From assembly GCA_963703285.1 (NCBI GenBank), contig OY969807.1, positions 2,016,001 through 2,080,000 of the forward strand: a DNA stretch of 64,000 bases. Direction: 5' to 3'. The notes beneath the pieces are model-generated. The model saw nothing but the letters and a program-made list of their open reading frames with translations, searched no databases and was not told the origin of the DNA. The DNA is from an uncultured Nitrososphaerota archaeon (lineage in GTDB: Archaea > Thermoproteota > Nitrososphaeria > Nitrososphaerales > Gagatemarchaeaceae). A program made the position numbers and the translations under genes. Shown here piece after piece: positions 9,702 through 19,980 of the stretch. The number at the start of each line of letters is the position of its first letter. The stretch's first letter is position 1.

Positions 9702-11088
9702 TTGGTTTCACACGACCTCGCGATTGAAGGTGCACAGGTGTTCATCGACGGCGACCTGACGGAAGCCAACCTAGGAATCAGCGACGGAGTCATCTCGGCC
9801 GTGACGAAGGACACGCTCCAGGCTTCGGAGAGGCTCAGGTTCCCCGGCAAGATTGTCATCCCGGGCATCGTCGACCTGCACTCACACATAAGAGACCCTG
9901 GCTACACCTACAAGGAGGACTTTCAGACCGGGTCCATGGCCGCCGCCGCAGGAGGGGTCACGATGTTCGTGGACATGCCAAACGTCGAACCTCCAACGGA
10001 CAGCCTGAAGACCTTCGAGGAGAAGAAGAAGATCGCGTCGAAGAAGTCGATGGTCGACTTCAACCACTTCGTCTTCCCGAAGATCCCCGAGGTCGGCAGG
10101 GTCGCCCGGGCCGGAGCCGCGGGTTTCAAGATATTCATGGTCCGTGGCGCCTATCCCCACGACCCACGGATCTGCATTGAGGACCATGCCACCCTCTACA
10201 AGACGTTCGCTGCGATCAAGAAGACAGGGCTTCCCTGTCTGGTCCACCCCTCGAACATGTCCCTCTTCGAGGCCTTCTACGGGGAGCATCGAAAGAAGAA
10301 TCCAAAGGAGAAGCCGTACATCAGCTTCGGGAAGGCGTACATCGAAGAGGAGATTCTACGGAACCTCCGCTTCGGTGCTCGCAATTCTGGCGAAGCGGAC
10401 CGGAGTAAGGCTCCACCTCGTCCACACCCATTCTGAGCAGGCCATCGAGGTCCTCAGGCAGGCGAAGGCAGCGGGGTACGACATCACGGCCCAGACGGAC
10501 CCGAAGTACTTTGTCACGACCGCGGAGGAACTCCGACGCCTCGGGCCCCTGGTCCTTCCAGGAGGGCTTCTCTCGAAGCGCAGGGTCGCGGCGGTCTGGA
10601 ACGCGCTCAGAACAGGGACCATAGACGTGCTTGGCACCGATCACGCTCCTCACACCAAGAAAGAAGTCGAGGAGACCATGGCAAAAGATCCCTGGGCCGC
10701 TCCCTTCGGCTGCCCTCAGCTCGAGCACTACCTCTCGGTCTTTCTCAATGAAGTGAACAAGGGAACCATCTCTCTGTCTCAGCTTATGAGAGTGGCCTCG
10801 ACGAACCCTGCCAGGATAATCAACGTGTTCCCGAAGAAGGGGACGATTAGGGTGGGCTCGGATGCGGACCTGGTCGTGGTGGACATGAAGAAGGAGAAGA
10901 AACTGACCGGCGAGAAGGTCTACACCAAGGTCGGCTGGACCCCCTATGAAGGGAGGACTGTGAAGGGAGTGCCCATAATGACCATCAGGCGCGGCGAGGT
11001 GATCATGAGGGACGGGGTAGTCGTCGGCAAGCCTGGCTCTGGCAAGTTCGTCGCCCCACTGAGGACTCCGATGGTCAAGCGCCGCTAA
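9702..11088 (+). CDS. Cyclic amidohydrolase (dihydroorotase/allantoinase family), one frameshift near 10354
   Basis: PGIVDLHSH, AAAGGVT, DMPN in 9702-10436; GTDHAPH, STNPA, KGTIRVGSDAD in 10144-11088; frames join at IEEE/(I)YGTS. Confidence 0.85.
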
Positions 11089-12277
11089 GATCAGCGCCGG
11101 CCAATCGTCTCGTCAGCAGGCAAACCTGGCTGATCGCGCTCTTCCTGACATGCTCGACGGTGTCTTCCACGGTGGTTGCCGTTGGCGTTGGGTAGGACCT
11201 CAACCACGATGCCCGGTATCCCCTTTCGAGGAATGCGTCGCAGTCGGAGCCCCGCGGGGTCGAGAGGCGCGGGAGCCTCAGGCCGAGACTCTCGGCGAGT
11301 GAAGAGATCCTCGAGTTGAGGCCTTCGGAAAGGCGGCCCGCTCTCGAGTTATCCACCAGGTGGAGCCGCCCCGACCCCACGGAATCAAGGTTAACGACAC
11401 TCGGTCGAGTTTCAAGGACTTTCTCAGCGACAAAATGACGAGCGCCAACCAGGCCATATTCCTCTGCGTCGGTCGATAGAAGTGCGAACGAAGGGTTCTT
11501 GATGACTTCTGCAAGGAAGAGAAGAAGCGAGGTGCCCGACGCGTCGTCGAGGGCACCCGGGGAGAAATGCCTCGAGTCGCGGTGCGCCACGTAGACGGCC
11601 GTCGTCTTCGCGTTCCTTGGCGTCGCGAAGATGTTTGTGCCTCGACCACGTACCAGCTCAGCGCGCAGGGTCATGAGGGCTTGCAACGCTTTGCCGGTCG
11701 AGTCCTCCCAGAGCCTCTCGCCAAGCTCGCCGGGAATCATGAGGCAAGGGATTGAAGACGAAGGATACCTCACTCGCCCTGACAGCAGGCGTCCCCTGCT
11801 CTGAAAAATCAGAGCCGCGATGGCGCCCCTCTCGGCCAGGTCTTCCGCAGCCGTCGACTCGTGCGTGGCGGACACCCTCACCAGAGCTATCTTTCCCTGA
11901 ACGTCCTCACTATCCGACCTGCACACCCCTCCAGCCAATCCTGACCTCGGCGTCGAGATGGAGCAGATTGCAGGAAGGCACCTGATGTCCTCACCATCCA
12001 AAGTGAGCCTCCATCGCTCAGGACTGTACCTCTGAAACTCGAAGTGGTCCTCTGTGATTGAGAACCCTCCGGAGCCCTCGATTGACGAGCGCACCAACTC
12101 GCGCGCCCGTTCGCCTTCCCTCGATCCGGCTGCCCTGGGCCCGCGCGACAGCCTCGCGATCCACTCGATTACGAAGCTGGCGTCCGCCCTCTTGCTCCCT
12201 GAGACGACTCGATGGGCTCGCATCCGCTGCTGTGGGAGGGTCAGGTAATGGCTATATACTTCCTCACGCCGGTACAA
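11075..12277 (-). CDS. M28 family peptidase with PA domain (start uncertain)
   Basis: VAHRDS, PGALDDASG, AEEYGLVGA, NLDSVG, SDC motifs. Confidence 0.8.
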   Translation of the reverse strand: MYRREEVYSHYLTLPQQRMRAHRVVSGSKRADASFVIEWIARLSRGPRAAGSREGERARELVRSSIEGSGGFSITEDHFEFQRYSPERWRLTLDGEDIRCLPAICSISTPRSGLAGGVCRSDSEDVQGKIALVRVSATHESTAAEDLAERGAIAALIFQSRGRLLSGRVRYPSSSIPCLMIPGELGERLWEDSTGKALQALMTLRAELVRGRGTNIFATPRNAKTTAVYVAHRDSRHFSPGALDDASGTSLLLFLAEVIKNPSFALLSTDAEEYGLVGARHFVAEKVLETRPSVVNLDSVGSGRLHLVDNSRAGRLSEGLNSRISSLAESLGLRLPRLSTPRGSDCDAFLERGYRASWLRSYPTPTATTVEDTVEHVRKSAISQVCLLTRRLAGADLSGA

Positions 12278-12282
12278 GCCGG

Positions 12283-13533
12283 TTGCAATCGCGTCGACGG
12301 TTGGGACTGTCTCAGTTAACTGCGGTTGTATTCGCCGTCATTATCATCGTGGCCACGGCTGCGGGGGGCTTGCTCGCGGCCAGTACCGCGAAGACGTCTA
12401 GTTCAACGGTCACGAGCACGGCAAGTCAGCAGCAGCTGATCAACGTGAACTTCGGCTTCTCGGGACCTCCCGATGTCACCGATACGCCCGGCTTCATGTT
12501 CTGGCAGACGTTCGCTCACCAGGTGGGGCTCAACGTCAACGTTCAATACTTCGAAGGAGATTCGACCGTGGCCGAAGCCCTGGTCTCGGGGTCCATTCAG
12601 ATCGCCGAGGGCGGTTTCCAATCCACGGTCCTCGCTGACGAGGCGGAGGGGAACTCGAGCGGGTCCTACCCGTTCCTTATCTTCAGCAACTACGAGGCGG
12701 TGAACGACTACGCCCTCGTGGTCCCCAACTCGATCACGACCATCGCCCAGCTGGCAGGTCAGGCCATCGCCACTTCGGGCCCAGGTTCTTCGTCCGCCCT
12801 ATTCTGCAGCCTCCTCCTGTCCCAGGCTGGTCTCTCAGGGAGCCAGATCAACTGCGCGCCCATCGGGGGAGGTGGATCCCGCTACAGCGCCCTGATTGCG
12901 GGCAAGGTCGTCGGGGACATCGCGGAGCCGTACCAGGTCGTGAGCGCCGTAGCTACGGGCAAGTACCACATCCTGGCCTCCATCCCCGCCGAGTACCCGC
13001 AGATCATGTTCTCGGTGCTCTACACGAGCAGAGCCTACGCAACTGCCAATCCCACGGTCATAACCAAGCTGACGGAGGCCATACTGTTGGCAGACAGATG
13101 GGCCCAGAACGAGAGTGCGTGGGTGGCAAAGGAGAACGAGGAGTTCCCAGGCACCAATACAACGATCGCGGCGACCGCGTGGAAGATTTGGGCTGCGATG
13201 GGGCTGTGGCAGCCAAACGGTGGCCTCACCTACAGCGCTGTCAGCGCGTCGGAGAATTTCCTGCTCCCGCCCAAGGAAATCAACTTCTACCTCAACCCCG
13301 TCTACTTCACGGACACCACCTATCTCAAGAACGCCCTCTCTACGCTGGGTAACTACACCGGCGGCATCGTCACCGACCCGAACATACCCACGCTCAACAT
13401 CACAATTCCTGGGTTCACCGGGTCAAGCACCAGCTCATCCAGCGCGGCGCCCGTGGAGGTATCGGTCCTCATGAGAAGTGGACTCGCTCTCAGGGATGCG
13501 CGTGCTGGCTGGAGCGCGGAGGATAAACTATGA
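12283..13533 (+). CDS. ABC transporter substrate-binding protein (SsuA/NMT1-like) with class III-type signal peptide
   Basis: TTG 12283 about 30 bp after TATATACT; RRRLG followed by a hydrophobic stretch and S/T linker; adjacent to permeases and ATPase. Confidence 0.8.
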   Translation: MQSRRRLGLSQLTAVVFAVIIIVATAAGGLLAASTAKTSSSTVTSTASQQQLINVNFGFSGPPDVTDTPGFMFWQTFAHQVGLNVNVQYFEGDSTVAEALVSGSIQIAEGGFQSTVLADEAEGNSSGSYPFLIFSNYEAVNDYALVVPNSITTIAQLAGQAIATSGPGSSSALFCSLLLSQAGLSGSQINCAPIGGGGSRYSALIAGKVVGDIAEPYQVVSAVATGKYHILASIPAEYPQIMFSVLYTSRAYATANPTVITKLTEAILLADRWAQNESAWVAKENEEFPGTNTTIAATAWKIWAAMGLWQPNGGLTYSAVSASENFLLPPKEINFYLNPVYFTDTTYLKNALSTLGNYTGGIVTDPNIPTLNITIPGFTGSSTSSSSAAPVEVSVLMRSGLALRDARAGWSAEDKL

Positions 13534-14135
13534 AGACCGCCATCATCGCGGCAGGTATACTGGTATTGCTGGTTGGTATAGCGGTGATAGCTTACGGACT
13601 GTCGTCACCCACAACATCGACCAGTGCCTCGACGACAACCGCATCCGACCCTGTGGTCCCGAACACGAGCAGGACGATTTCAACGAACGGCTTTTGGGCG
13701 ATGGGCGCGGCCAGCCTGGTCCCGGGAGAGTCAGTCACGGGCACGGTAGCCGTCTCCAACTACAGTAGCTCTGCAGGGCCCATCTTCGTCTACGTTCAGA
13801 ACGAGTCCACGTTCATAGCATGGGGCGCCTGCGCTCCCTGCGGCGTAAGCAATCAGCTCAACAAGTCGTTGTCCTCCACCGGTTCGTACACATTCACGTG
13901 GACAGCACCACAAGCCGGTAGCTACTACTTCGTCTTGGACGCCGAATACTATAACGCGGCCGCGCCTGCCTCCTTCTCGGCAAACGCAATGACCACCTCC
14001 ACAATTCAGATATCGCAGTCGACTCCTAACACGACAGTCAACTACGGAGGAGTCGCCGTAGCGGTGGTCGGCGCCATCATCCTAGGAATGGGCCTAATCG
14101 TGGGAACTCAGGCTCGCAAACCGCCTGGGAGCTGA
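13530..14135 (+). CDS. Membrane-anchored beta-sandwich protein (GOLD-like)
   Basis: N- and C-terminal TM helices around YTFTWTAPQAGSYYFVLD. Confidence 0.65.
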   Translation: MKTAIIAAGILVLLVGIAVIAYGLSSPTTSTSASTTTASDPVVPNTSRTISTNGFWAMGAASLVPGESVTGTVAVSNYSSSAGPIFVYVQNESTFIAWGACAPCGVSNQLNKSLSSTGSYTFTWTAPQAGSYYFVLDAEYYNAAAPASFSANAMTTSTIQISQSTPNTTVNYGGVAVAVVGAIILGMGLIVGTQARKPPGS

Positions 14136-14185
14136 GCCGCCGAACGGCTCTTGTACACCTCCTTCGAAGGAAGTAGCGGTAGCCG

Positions 14186-14944
14186 TTGGTTAGCTACAAA
14201 TGGGCCGTCCGCCTCTCATCCGTGGCTATAGTGCTAGTTGCTTGGCAGCTTATCGGCGGGTCCGTCAACCCCGATCTGTTTTCCTCGCCATCCTTGGTGA
14301 TAGCCGCATTCGTGAACCTCTGTCTCAATACCTCATTCGTCTACGACCTCCTCAGCACTCTGCGTGACTTCTTCATCGGATTCGCCATAGCGGCCGTGGT
14401 GGGAATCCTCACAGGAATAGCCATGGCGAGGTGGCACGTAGTCGAAACAGCGCTGGACCCATACGTCAGCGCGCTCTACAGCACGCCATACGTCGCGCTC
14501 GCGCCGCTCTTCGTCATCTGGTTCGGGATAGGCTTCGAAGAACTCCTCGTGATAGTGGTCCTGTCCTCAGTCTTCGTCATCCTGATCAACACCCTGGCGG
14601 GCGTCAAGAACCTGGCGATGAGCTACGTCGAGACCGGACACGCCTTTGGCTTCACGGGCTTTGCCTTCTACAGAAAGGTCGTCATCCCCGGTGCACTCCC
14701 CTACATAATCACGGGTCTCAGGCTGGGTCTCTCGAGGGGGTTCGTGGGAGTGATCATAGCCGAGCTGTTGATCAGGCTCGACAGGCTCGGTTTCTTGATG
14801 GTCTACTATTCCGACCTTCTCGAGGTCGCTCCGGTGTTCGCGATAGCGGTGACCTTGGGGTTGATCGGCCTGTTCATGACCGAGGCGCTGAAGAGAGTCG
14901 AGGCGTACATCTCACCTTGGCGCGCAGCGGCCAAGGGTGGTTAA
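14186..14944 (+). CDS. ABC permease (SsuC/TauC-like)
   Basis: YVETGHAFG EAA-type loop, IPGALPYIITGLR. Confidence 0.9.
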   Translation: MVSYKWAVRLSSVAIVLVAWQLIGGSVNPDLFSSPSLVIAAFVNLCLNTSFVYDLLSTLRDFFIGFAIAAVVGILTGIAMARWHVVETALDPYVSALYSTPYVALAPLFVIWFGIGFEELLVIVVLSSVFVILINTLAGVKNLAMSYVETGHAFGFTGFAFYRKVVIPGALPYIITGLRLGLSRGFVGVIIAELLIRLDRLGFLMVYYSDLLEVAPVFAIAVTLGLIGLFMTEALKRVEAYISPWRAAAKGG

Positions 14945-15779
14945 TTTGGCGAAAGTGGTCGTCGATAAGGTCACGAAGGGATTCGTCTCGTCGGACGGCA
15001 AGAGAAAGACGGACGTCCTCAGCGATATCTCGATCACAGTCGAAGATAGGGAGATCGTTTCGGTGATCGGACCCACGGGCTGCGGCAAGTCGACTCTGCT
15101 GCGCATAATCGCCGGAATTTCGACCCCCGACTCGGGACAGGTCACCGTCGGTGGGGACCCCGTCCTCGATTCGACCAACCCGAAGAGTGCGATGGTGTTT
15201 CAGGGCTTCAACCTGTTTCCCTGGCGAACCGTCTCGAAGAACGTGGAGTTCGGGCTGGAGGCGAAGCAGCTGCCCCCGGACGAGAGGAGAAGGATTGCAA
15301 AGAAGTACGTCGAACTCGTCGGGCTGAAGGGTTTCGAAGACTACCACCCCCACCAGCTCTCCGGGGGCATGCAGCAGCGAACGGGACTCGCGAGAGCCCT
15401 GGCAATCGAGCCCGAGGTCATCCTGCTGGACGAACCCTTCAGTTCCGTCGACTTCCTCACAAGAGAGTCTCTCCAGCAGGAGGTGCTGAGGATCCTCCTC
15501 GAGACCAAGAAGACGGCGATCTTTGTCACCCACAACATCGACGAAGCTATCCTGCTCTCGAACAGAATCTTCAGCCTCGGCGGGAAGCCGGCGACCGTGA
15601 TGGACGTCTTCGAGGTGGACCTTCCCCGCCCTCGTACGGACGAGACGCTGCTCTCCGAGAAGACCGTCTCCCTGAAGTTGAAGCTGAAGCACAACCTGGT
15701 GGCCGCTGCCCAGGCGAGGCAGGTGATCGACGCCTCTGGCGCGGGCGCCCTTCCCCCCGAGGGCCCCACGGAGGACTAG
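14937..15779 (+). CDS. ABC ATPase (SsuB/TauB-like)
   Basis: GPTGCGKST, LSGGMQQR, LLDEPF. Confidence 0.95.
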   Translation: MVNLAKVVVDKVTKGFVSSDGKRKTDVLSDISITVEDREIVSVIGPTGCGKSTLLRIIAGISTPDSGQVTVGGDPVLDSTNPKSAMVFQGFNLFPWRTVSKNVEFGLEAKQLPPDERRRIAKKYVELVGLKGFEDYHPHQLSGGMQQRTGLARALAIEPEVILLDEPFSSVDFLTRESLQQEVLRILLETKKTAIFVTHNIDEAILLSNRIFSLGGKPATVMDVFEVDLPRPRTDETLLSEKTVSLKLKLKHNLVAAAQARQVIDASGAGALPPEGPTED

Positions 15780-15782
15780 CCG

Positions 15783-16556
15783 TTGGCCCTTGGTCTTCTG
15801 ACGAGCAACTGGGCCATCAGAATCTACGCCCTCGCAATCTTCCTGACGGGGTGGCAATTGATAGGGCAGTCGGTGAACCCGATAATATTCGCCCCTCCAG
15901 CCAAGGTCGCATCGGCCTTCTCCAGCCTGTGGTCCGCCGGAACGCTCCAGGCTGACACCCTCGTAACCCTCGAAACGATGTTTGCTGGATTCTTGGTATC
16001 CTGTGCTGTCGGGATCCCGCTCGGGCTCCTGATGGGACGAATTCGGCTCGCCGAGTACACCTTCGATCCGTATGTGAATTTCATCTATGCAACGCCGGTG
16101 GTTGCGATAATCCCCATCGCGCTCATCTGGTTCGGCCCGAGCATCTCGGCCACGTACTTCATCATCTCACTTCACACCATACCTCCAATTCTGATCAACA
16201 CCATGGCCGGTGTGAAGGACACAGAGAGGAGCATTCTGGAGACCGGCAGAGCCTTTGGGTTCAAAGGAAGGAAGCTGTGGCAGAAGGTTGTCATACCGGC
16301 GTCGGCTCCCTTCATCATGGCCGGACTGAGAATCGGTATCGGCGCGGCGTTGATAGGGACGATGGTCGCCGAGATCTTTCTCTACAACGCCGGCTTGGGC
16401 TATCTGCTTGTGAATGAGACGGCCTTCTTCAACAGCGCTGCGGTCGTGTGCGGGGTCCTGATTATCATGGTTATCGGCGTGGTCCTGGCGGAGTCGACAA
16501 AGTGGCTAGACCGGAGGTTCGTTGGCTGGGCTCGCGGGGCTTCCGGAGTGAGATAG
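15783..16556 (+). CDS. ABC permease (SsuC/TauC-like)
   Basis: ILETGRAFG, IPASAPFIMAGLR. Confidence 0.9.
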   Translation: MALGLLTSNWAIRIYALAIFLTGWQLIGQSVNPIIFAPPAKVASAFSSLWSAGTLQADTLVTLETMFAGFLVSCAVGIPLGLLMGRIRLAEYTFDPYVNFIYATPVVAIIPIALIWFGPSISATYFIISLHTIPPILINTMAGVKDTERSILETGRAFGFKGRKLWQKVVIPASAPFIMAGLRIGIGAALIGTMVAEIFLYNAGLGYLLVNETAFFNSAAVVCGVLIIMVIGVVLAESTKWLDRRFVGWARGASGVR

Positions 16557-16653
16557 ACCAGCCCGGTTGAGAGCGAAGCACCGAGGACTGGGAGTGCAGG
16601 AGTCTGGCAGGGGACGCGGGCCCGGATGGATTCGAACCTGCGAGTCCCTGGAC

Positions 16654-16691
16654 CTACTCCTTGTCGATGAACTCTGTGGGGTTCGGCGGCT
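16654..16691 (-). repeat. Copy of aEF-2 3' end (PPNPTEFIDKE*)
   Basis: 38 bp with 1 mismatch to 20818-20855. Confidence 0.95.
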
Positions 16692-16697
16692 TTGACA

Positions 16698-16946
16698 TCA
16701 TCCGTAAGCAGAGCCTCTGCTGGCAATCTTGAAAACGAGAACCGTCTGAGCGTCGGCGATTGTATAGAGTATCCGGTAATCGCCAACTCTGAGCCTGTAT
16801 GAGTTTGGTATTCCCCGAAGCTTCTTGCAGCCTTGCGGATAGGGAGATTCCACGAGTTCGGATATCCTTGATTCGAGCCTTTCTCTCAGAACCGGCGGTG
16901 ATTCATCTAGGGCCTTCTTGGCTCTGCTCGATAGATAGACCTTCAA
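16698..16946 (-). CDS. relE: RelE/ParE family toxin
   Basis: GCKKLRG, YRLRVGDYRILY, IASRGSAY. Confidence 0.9.
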   Translation of the reverse strand: MKVYLSSRAKKALDESPPVLRERLESRISELVESPYPQGCKKLRGIPNSYRLRVGDYRILYTIADAQTVLVFKIASRGSAYG

Positions 16947-17113
16947 CGCTTACGGGACCTGACGAATGGCACCGATCTTCCTTCCTTGTGCTCCTGAACC
17001 GCCTCAGCGAAAGCTCTCCTGTCATCCTCGGAGGTCTCCTCAGACAGCGCCTCCTCGATCGAATCGAGTCGCCTTCTGATGAGGTTCAATTCCTTCTCGA
17101 GGCCCGTCTCCAT
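16943..17113 (-). CDS. Putative RelB-type antitoxin (56 aa, not in ORF track)
   Basis: METGLEKELNLIRRRLDSIEEALS...KEGRSVPF; its stop overlaps the relE start (TTGA). Confidence 0.7.
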   Translation of the reverse strand: METGLEKELNLIRRRLDSIEEALSEETSEDDRRAFAEAVQEHKEGRSVPFVRSRKR

Positions 17114-17189
17114 CTTATCCTCTCTTGAGTCCTTGGACGTAATTAAACCCTGCTCGCTGGGATTGAAGTCCCGAAGTCCGGGTTCGGGC

Positions 17190-17240
17190 CTACTCCTTGC
17201 CGATGAACTCTGTGGGGTCCGGTGGCTCCGGGCTAAGGTC
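17190..17240 (-). repeat. Copy of aEF-2 3' end (DLSPEPPDPTEFIGKE*)
   Basis: ctactccttgccgatgaactctgtggggtccggtggctccgg aligns to the gene end without gaps. Confidence 0.85.
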
Positions 17241-17316
17241 TGGCCATGTCCTAATCTGCGAATCAGTCAACCGAAACGCTTCTGTCAATTGGAACCGAAT
17301 CATGAGCTTGATGGGT

Positions 17317-17853
17317 CTACGGCGCTGGATTTGACGGAGGCAGCAATTCCTTCTTCACAAAGTCGCTGAACGAACGGTCAAACCAGTCTTCCATTCTGTC
17401 GTCTGTCCAGACTTTTGCAATCAACCCGCGACTGAAGGCGTTCTTCATCCACAGCAGCTCTCCCTCCCATTCGTTGTCGCTGAGGATTTTCCTCTGCTTC
17501 ATGTGATAGGTGTGCGCGCACATTAGCAGGATTTGGTAGGCAAAATGTCTCTCCTTGCGAGATTCGACCGGCAACTGGTTGTTGATTACCTTCAAGAGAC
17601 TCGGGTCTTCCTGTAGCGTCGCGGACAGGCTTTGGTGCATCTTGTCGATGTCGGCCAGGACCCTGGTCTCCAAGTCGACCTTCTGACTCCGCACCTGCCG
17701 GGTGGAAAAATAGAGCGTCACACCAAGAGCCCCTATCAGCACTATTGACTGTACCAGGCTCAGCACGTCGCTGAATCCAAGGGCAGCCACAGCCACCGTA
17801 TCACCATGAATTGATAGATTAACTTTTGGACAAGTAAGGAGTGCCCAGACCAA
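17317..17853 (-). CDS. Hypothetical protein with N-terminal TM helix (start uncertain)
   Basis: One TM segment followed by a helical domain; lower GC than flanks. Confidence 0.65.
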   Translation of the reverse strand: MVWALLTCPKVNLSIHGDTVAVAALGFSDVLSLVQSIVLIGALGVTLYFSTRQVRSQKVDLETRVLADIDKMHQSLSATLQEDPSLLKVINNQLPVESRKERHFAYQILLMCAHTYHMKQRKILSDNEWEGELLWMKNAFSRGLIAKVWTDDRMEDWFDRSFSDFVKKELLPPSNPAP

Positions 17854-18006
17854 CCTTCAATACCGCAAGCACGATGTCTTTCTAGTAGGTTCCCGAAACA
17901 GAAGACTGTCTGCAGGAGAATGTGGTGGTCGCTATCCGGGTGGGAAATCCGGCCTGGCATCTCGCAAGAGTTCAGGCCCTACAGGATCGAACCCGAGTCT
18001 GAGCCG

Positions 18007-18043
18007 TCACTCCTTGCCGATGATTTCGGCGGGCGGCGGTTCC
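18007..18043 (-). repeat. Degenerate copy of aEF-2 3' end (EPPPAEIIGKE*)
   Basis: tcactccttgccgatgatttcggcgggcggcggttcc; one codon deleted in frame. Confidence 0.7.
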
Positions 18044-18108
18044 CGAGCGGGCAAGGCATCTGCTTCCTGGGGCAAATCGGTTGCCACGTCAAGTTCTCGC
18101 AGGCTGCC

Positions 18109-18288
18109 TTAGCGTCCTCGACTGTTAGTTATCGCCTGATTTATGTCATTCAGGGCCAGAATCTCTTCACCGAATGTCTCCTGACTTCTCTCCCATGCGA
18201 CCAAGGCGCGTCGCACGACTACTCTACGAAGTCTTAGGAGAATCTTTAGGAGCTCTTCTTGTGCTTCTTCGTCGCTCTTCTCGGCCAA
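18109..18288 (-). CDS. Small hypothetical protein (59 aa)
   Basis: TTG start preceded by AGGTGA; MAEKSDEEAQEELLKILLRL... Confidence 0.45.
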   Translation of the reverse strand: MAEKSDEEAQEELLKILLRLRRVVVRRALVAWERSQETFGEEILALNDINQAITNSRGR

Positions 18289-18392
18289 TTGTCGATCACC
18301 TTATCAGCCCTTGAAGCGATGTAGGCTTCCCACTTCTCGGGATCGCGGCTAAGTTTCCCTATCTTCCTTAGCACGTCGTCCGATTCTCCCAT
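18246..18392 (-). CDS. Small hypothetical protein (48 aa)
   Basis: ATG about 30 bp after CTTATAT; MGESDDVLRKIGKLSRDPEKWEAY... Confidence 0.4.
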   Translation of the reverse strand: MGESDDVLRKIGKLSRDPEKWEAYIASRADKVIDNWPRRATKKHKKSS

Positions 18393-18466
18393 TCGAGTCA
18401 CAACTGAGTATAAGGGCGCTGGATATAAGCGGTGCGTAGTCTCGAGTCAGATGGTACGCGGCTAGA

Positions 18467-18520
18467 TTATTCTTTGTCAATGAACTCCACTGGGTTCGGC
18501 GGCTCGGGCCAGAGGCCCTT
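18467..18520 (-). repeat. Copy of aEF-2 3' end from a lower-GC allele (KGLWPEPPNPVEFIDKE*)
   Basis: Mostly synonymous differences (CCA, ATT, AAA, GAA, TAA); weaker similarity continues to about 18550. Confidence 0.85.
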
Positions 18521-18944
18521 CGTCTTTTCCCAGGACCTTGATCACAGGCAGTGAGCCGCTGATTCCCACAGAAGACGTTTCGAGTTACCTAATCGGTCAC
18601 AGCTTCGAGAGCTTCTTCGTCAGCGTCCGGTGAGTCTCCAGAGTCTCCTCTATGGCTCTCTTCTACGCGTCGGCCTCTGATTCTGGATGTCATTCCTGCT
18701 TCGCCTTCATACGATTGATTTTTCATGTCCATTCCAGCCTCCTAAGCCTACCCTTCAACCAAGCAACCGCCTGAGGGAGAGTCATCCTGTCGGCTGCAAC
18801 GTCAAAGCATGAACCTGATTGCCGCATCGTCCTGAACCGCGAACACAAGGCAGGTTGTAAAGGCCTCTCGGGACCACCTGACTTCGGCCTCGCGCACGTG
18901 TCTGCTGTGTTTAAGAATGCGTGAACGGCATCTGAGGGAATCGA

Positions 18945-19505
18945 ATGTTCGGCCTGACAAGCTTCGAGTCAGTTGATTCTGTCCTGGCTTTGTTGAGCAT
19001 CGCCATAGGGGTCTCGATATTCTTGATGCAGCAGAGGGCCGACGAAAAAATAAACGGCATAATCAAGAGGCAGTTCAGACGGCAGGAGCTCGAAAAGAAG
19101 TACTTCGGGACGAGGCTGATTTCGAATCTGGAGCTCGTGAGGAAGAATTATCTTAAACTGCGGCAGTTTCTGGGTGATTATCTCAACGACCATTCGCAGG
19201 CCAGCAGGCAGAAGGTGAAGAGCTTCTGTACGTTCCACAGCAAGCATCTGGACGAGTACGTCGTTCCAACGCTGCGAAGCGACCTGGGGCGACTGATCGA
19301 GTTCATAGACGACCTGGAACTGGTCGACCAGCTCTCGTCAGCGTTCGATGACTTGTCATCTCCTTTCAAAGATTGTTCCGTTGACAGCGCGCTCGACGAA
19401 CCTGACTCATCGCTGAGAGGGAAGATGTCCTCTTTGCAGGAACGGTCCGAGCGAATCGAATCCCTTCTGTCGAAGCTTGGGAGAGAGGTTCCGACGTTGG
19501 AGTAG
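18945..19505 (+). CDS. Hypothetical protein with N-terminal TM helix
   Basis: 186 aa ORF, ATG start, TTTAAG box about 35 bp upstream. Confidence 0.7.
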   Translation: MFGLTSFESVDSVLALLSIAIGVSIFLMQQRADEKINGIIKRQFRRQELEKKYFGTRLISNLELVRKNYLKLRQFLGDYLNDHSQASRQKVKSFCTFHSKHLDEYVVPTLRSDLGRLIEFIDDLELVDQLSSAFDDLSSPFKDCSVDSALDEPDSSLRGKMSSLQERSERIESLLSKLGREVPTLE

Positions 19506-19678
19506 TCGCCCCGGCAAAGCCCCGGAACGCGATGGTGACGATAGCGGAATCGGGGCTTGCCATCCCGGGTCGTCCAGCCCCCGAGGCCCAGCCAAGTCGC
19601 CCGTTCGAAGATTCGACTATGACTTCCAAAACCCGGGAAGCAATCATTATATGCCGCAAGCCCTCAGGAACCTCTACA

Positions 19679-19858
19679 ATGCTTCGATACGCGTGCAGGA
19701 CTTCAGGGCTCGACTGCGACGCGGTCTTCACGACAAAGACCGAGGAAGAGCTGATCAATCAAATCAACCAGCATGCCATTCAGGTGCACGGATTAGAGCC
19801 GAGCGACTTGAGCCCGGAGCTCATGCGCCAAGTCAAGGCCAAGATCGAACGGTCCTAG
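19679..19858 (+). CDS. DUF1059 small metal-binding protein
   Basis: ACRTSGLDCDAVF..KTEEEL...HAIQVHG; ATG at 19679. Confidence 0.8.
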   Translation: MLRYACRTSGLDCDAVFTTKTEEELINQINQHAIQVHGLEPSDLSPELMRQVKAKIERS

Positions 19859-19980
19859 GGGCCATCGTGGCGAATCCTTGGCGAGAAAGCCGCCGACCGC
19901 CCTCGCGGAACCGAAGGTGCCGCGGAAGCCTCTGAGTTTGCCTCGAAGACCCATCTTGCCTGCTTTCTTCCCCGCTTCCC

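Noticed and set aside
9702-11088. Programmed frameshifting or true pseudogenes for the split genes
   Set aside because: No slippery run at the breaks; a shared GATC context points to a systematic sequencing error, though reads are needed to confirm.
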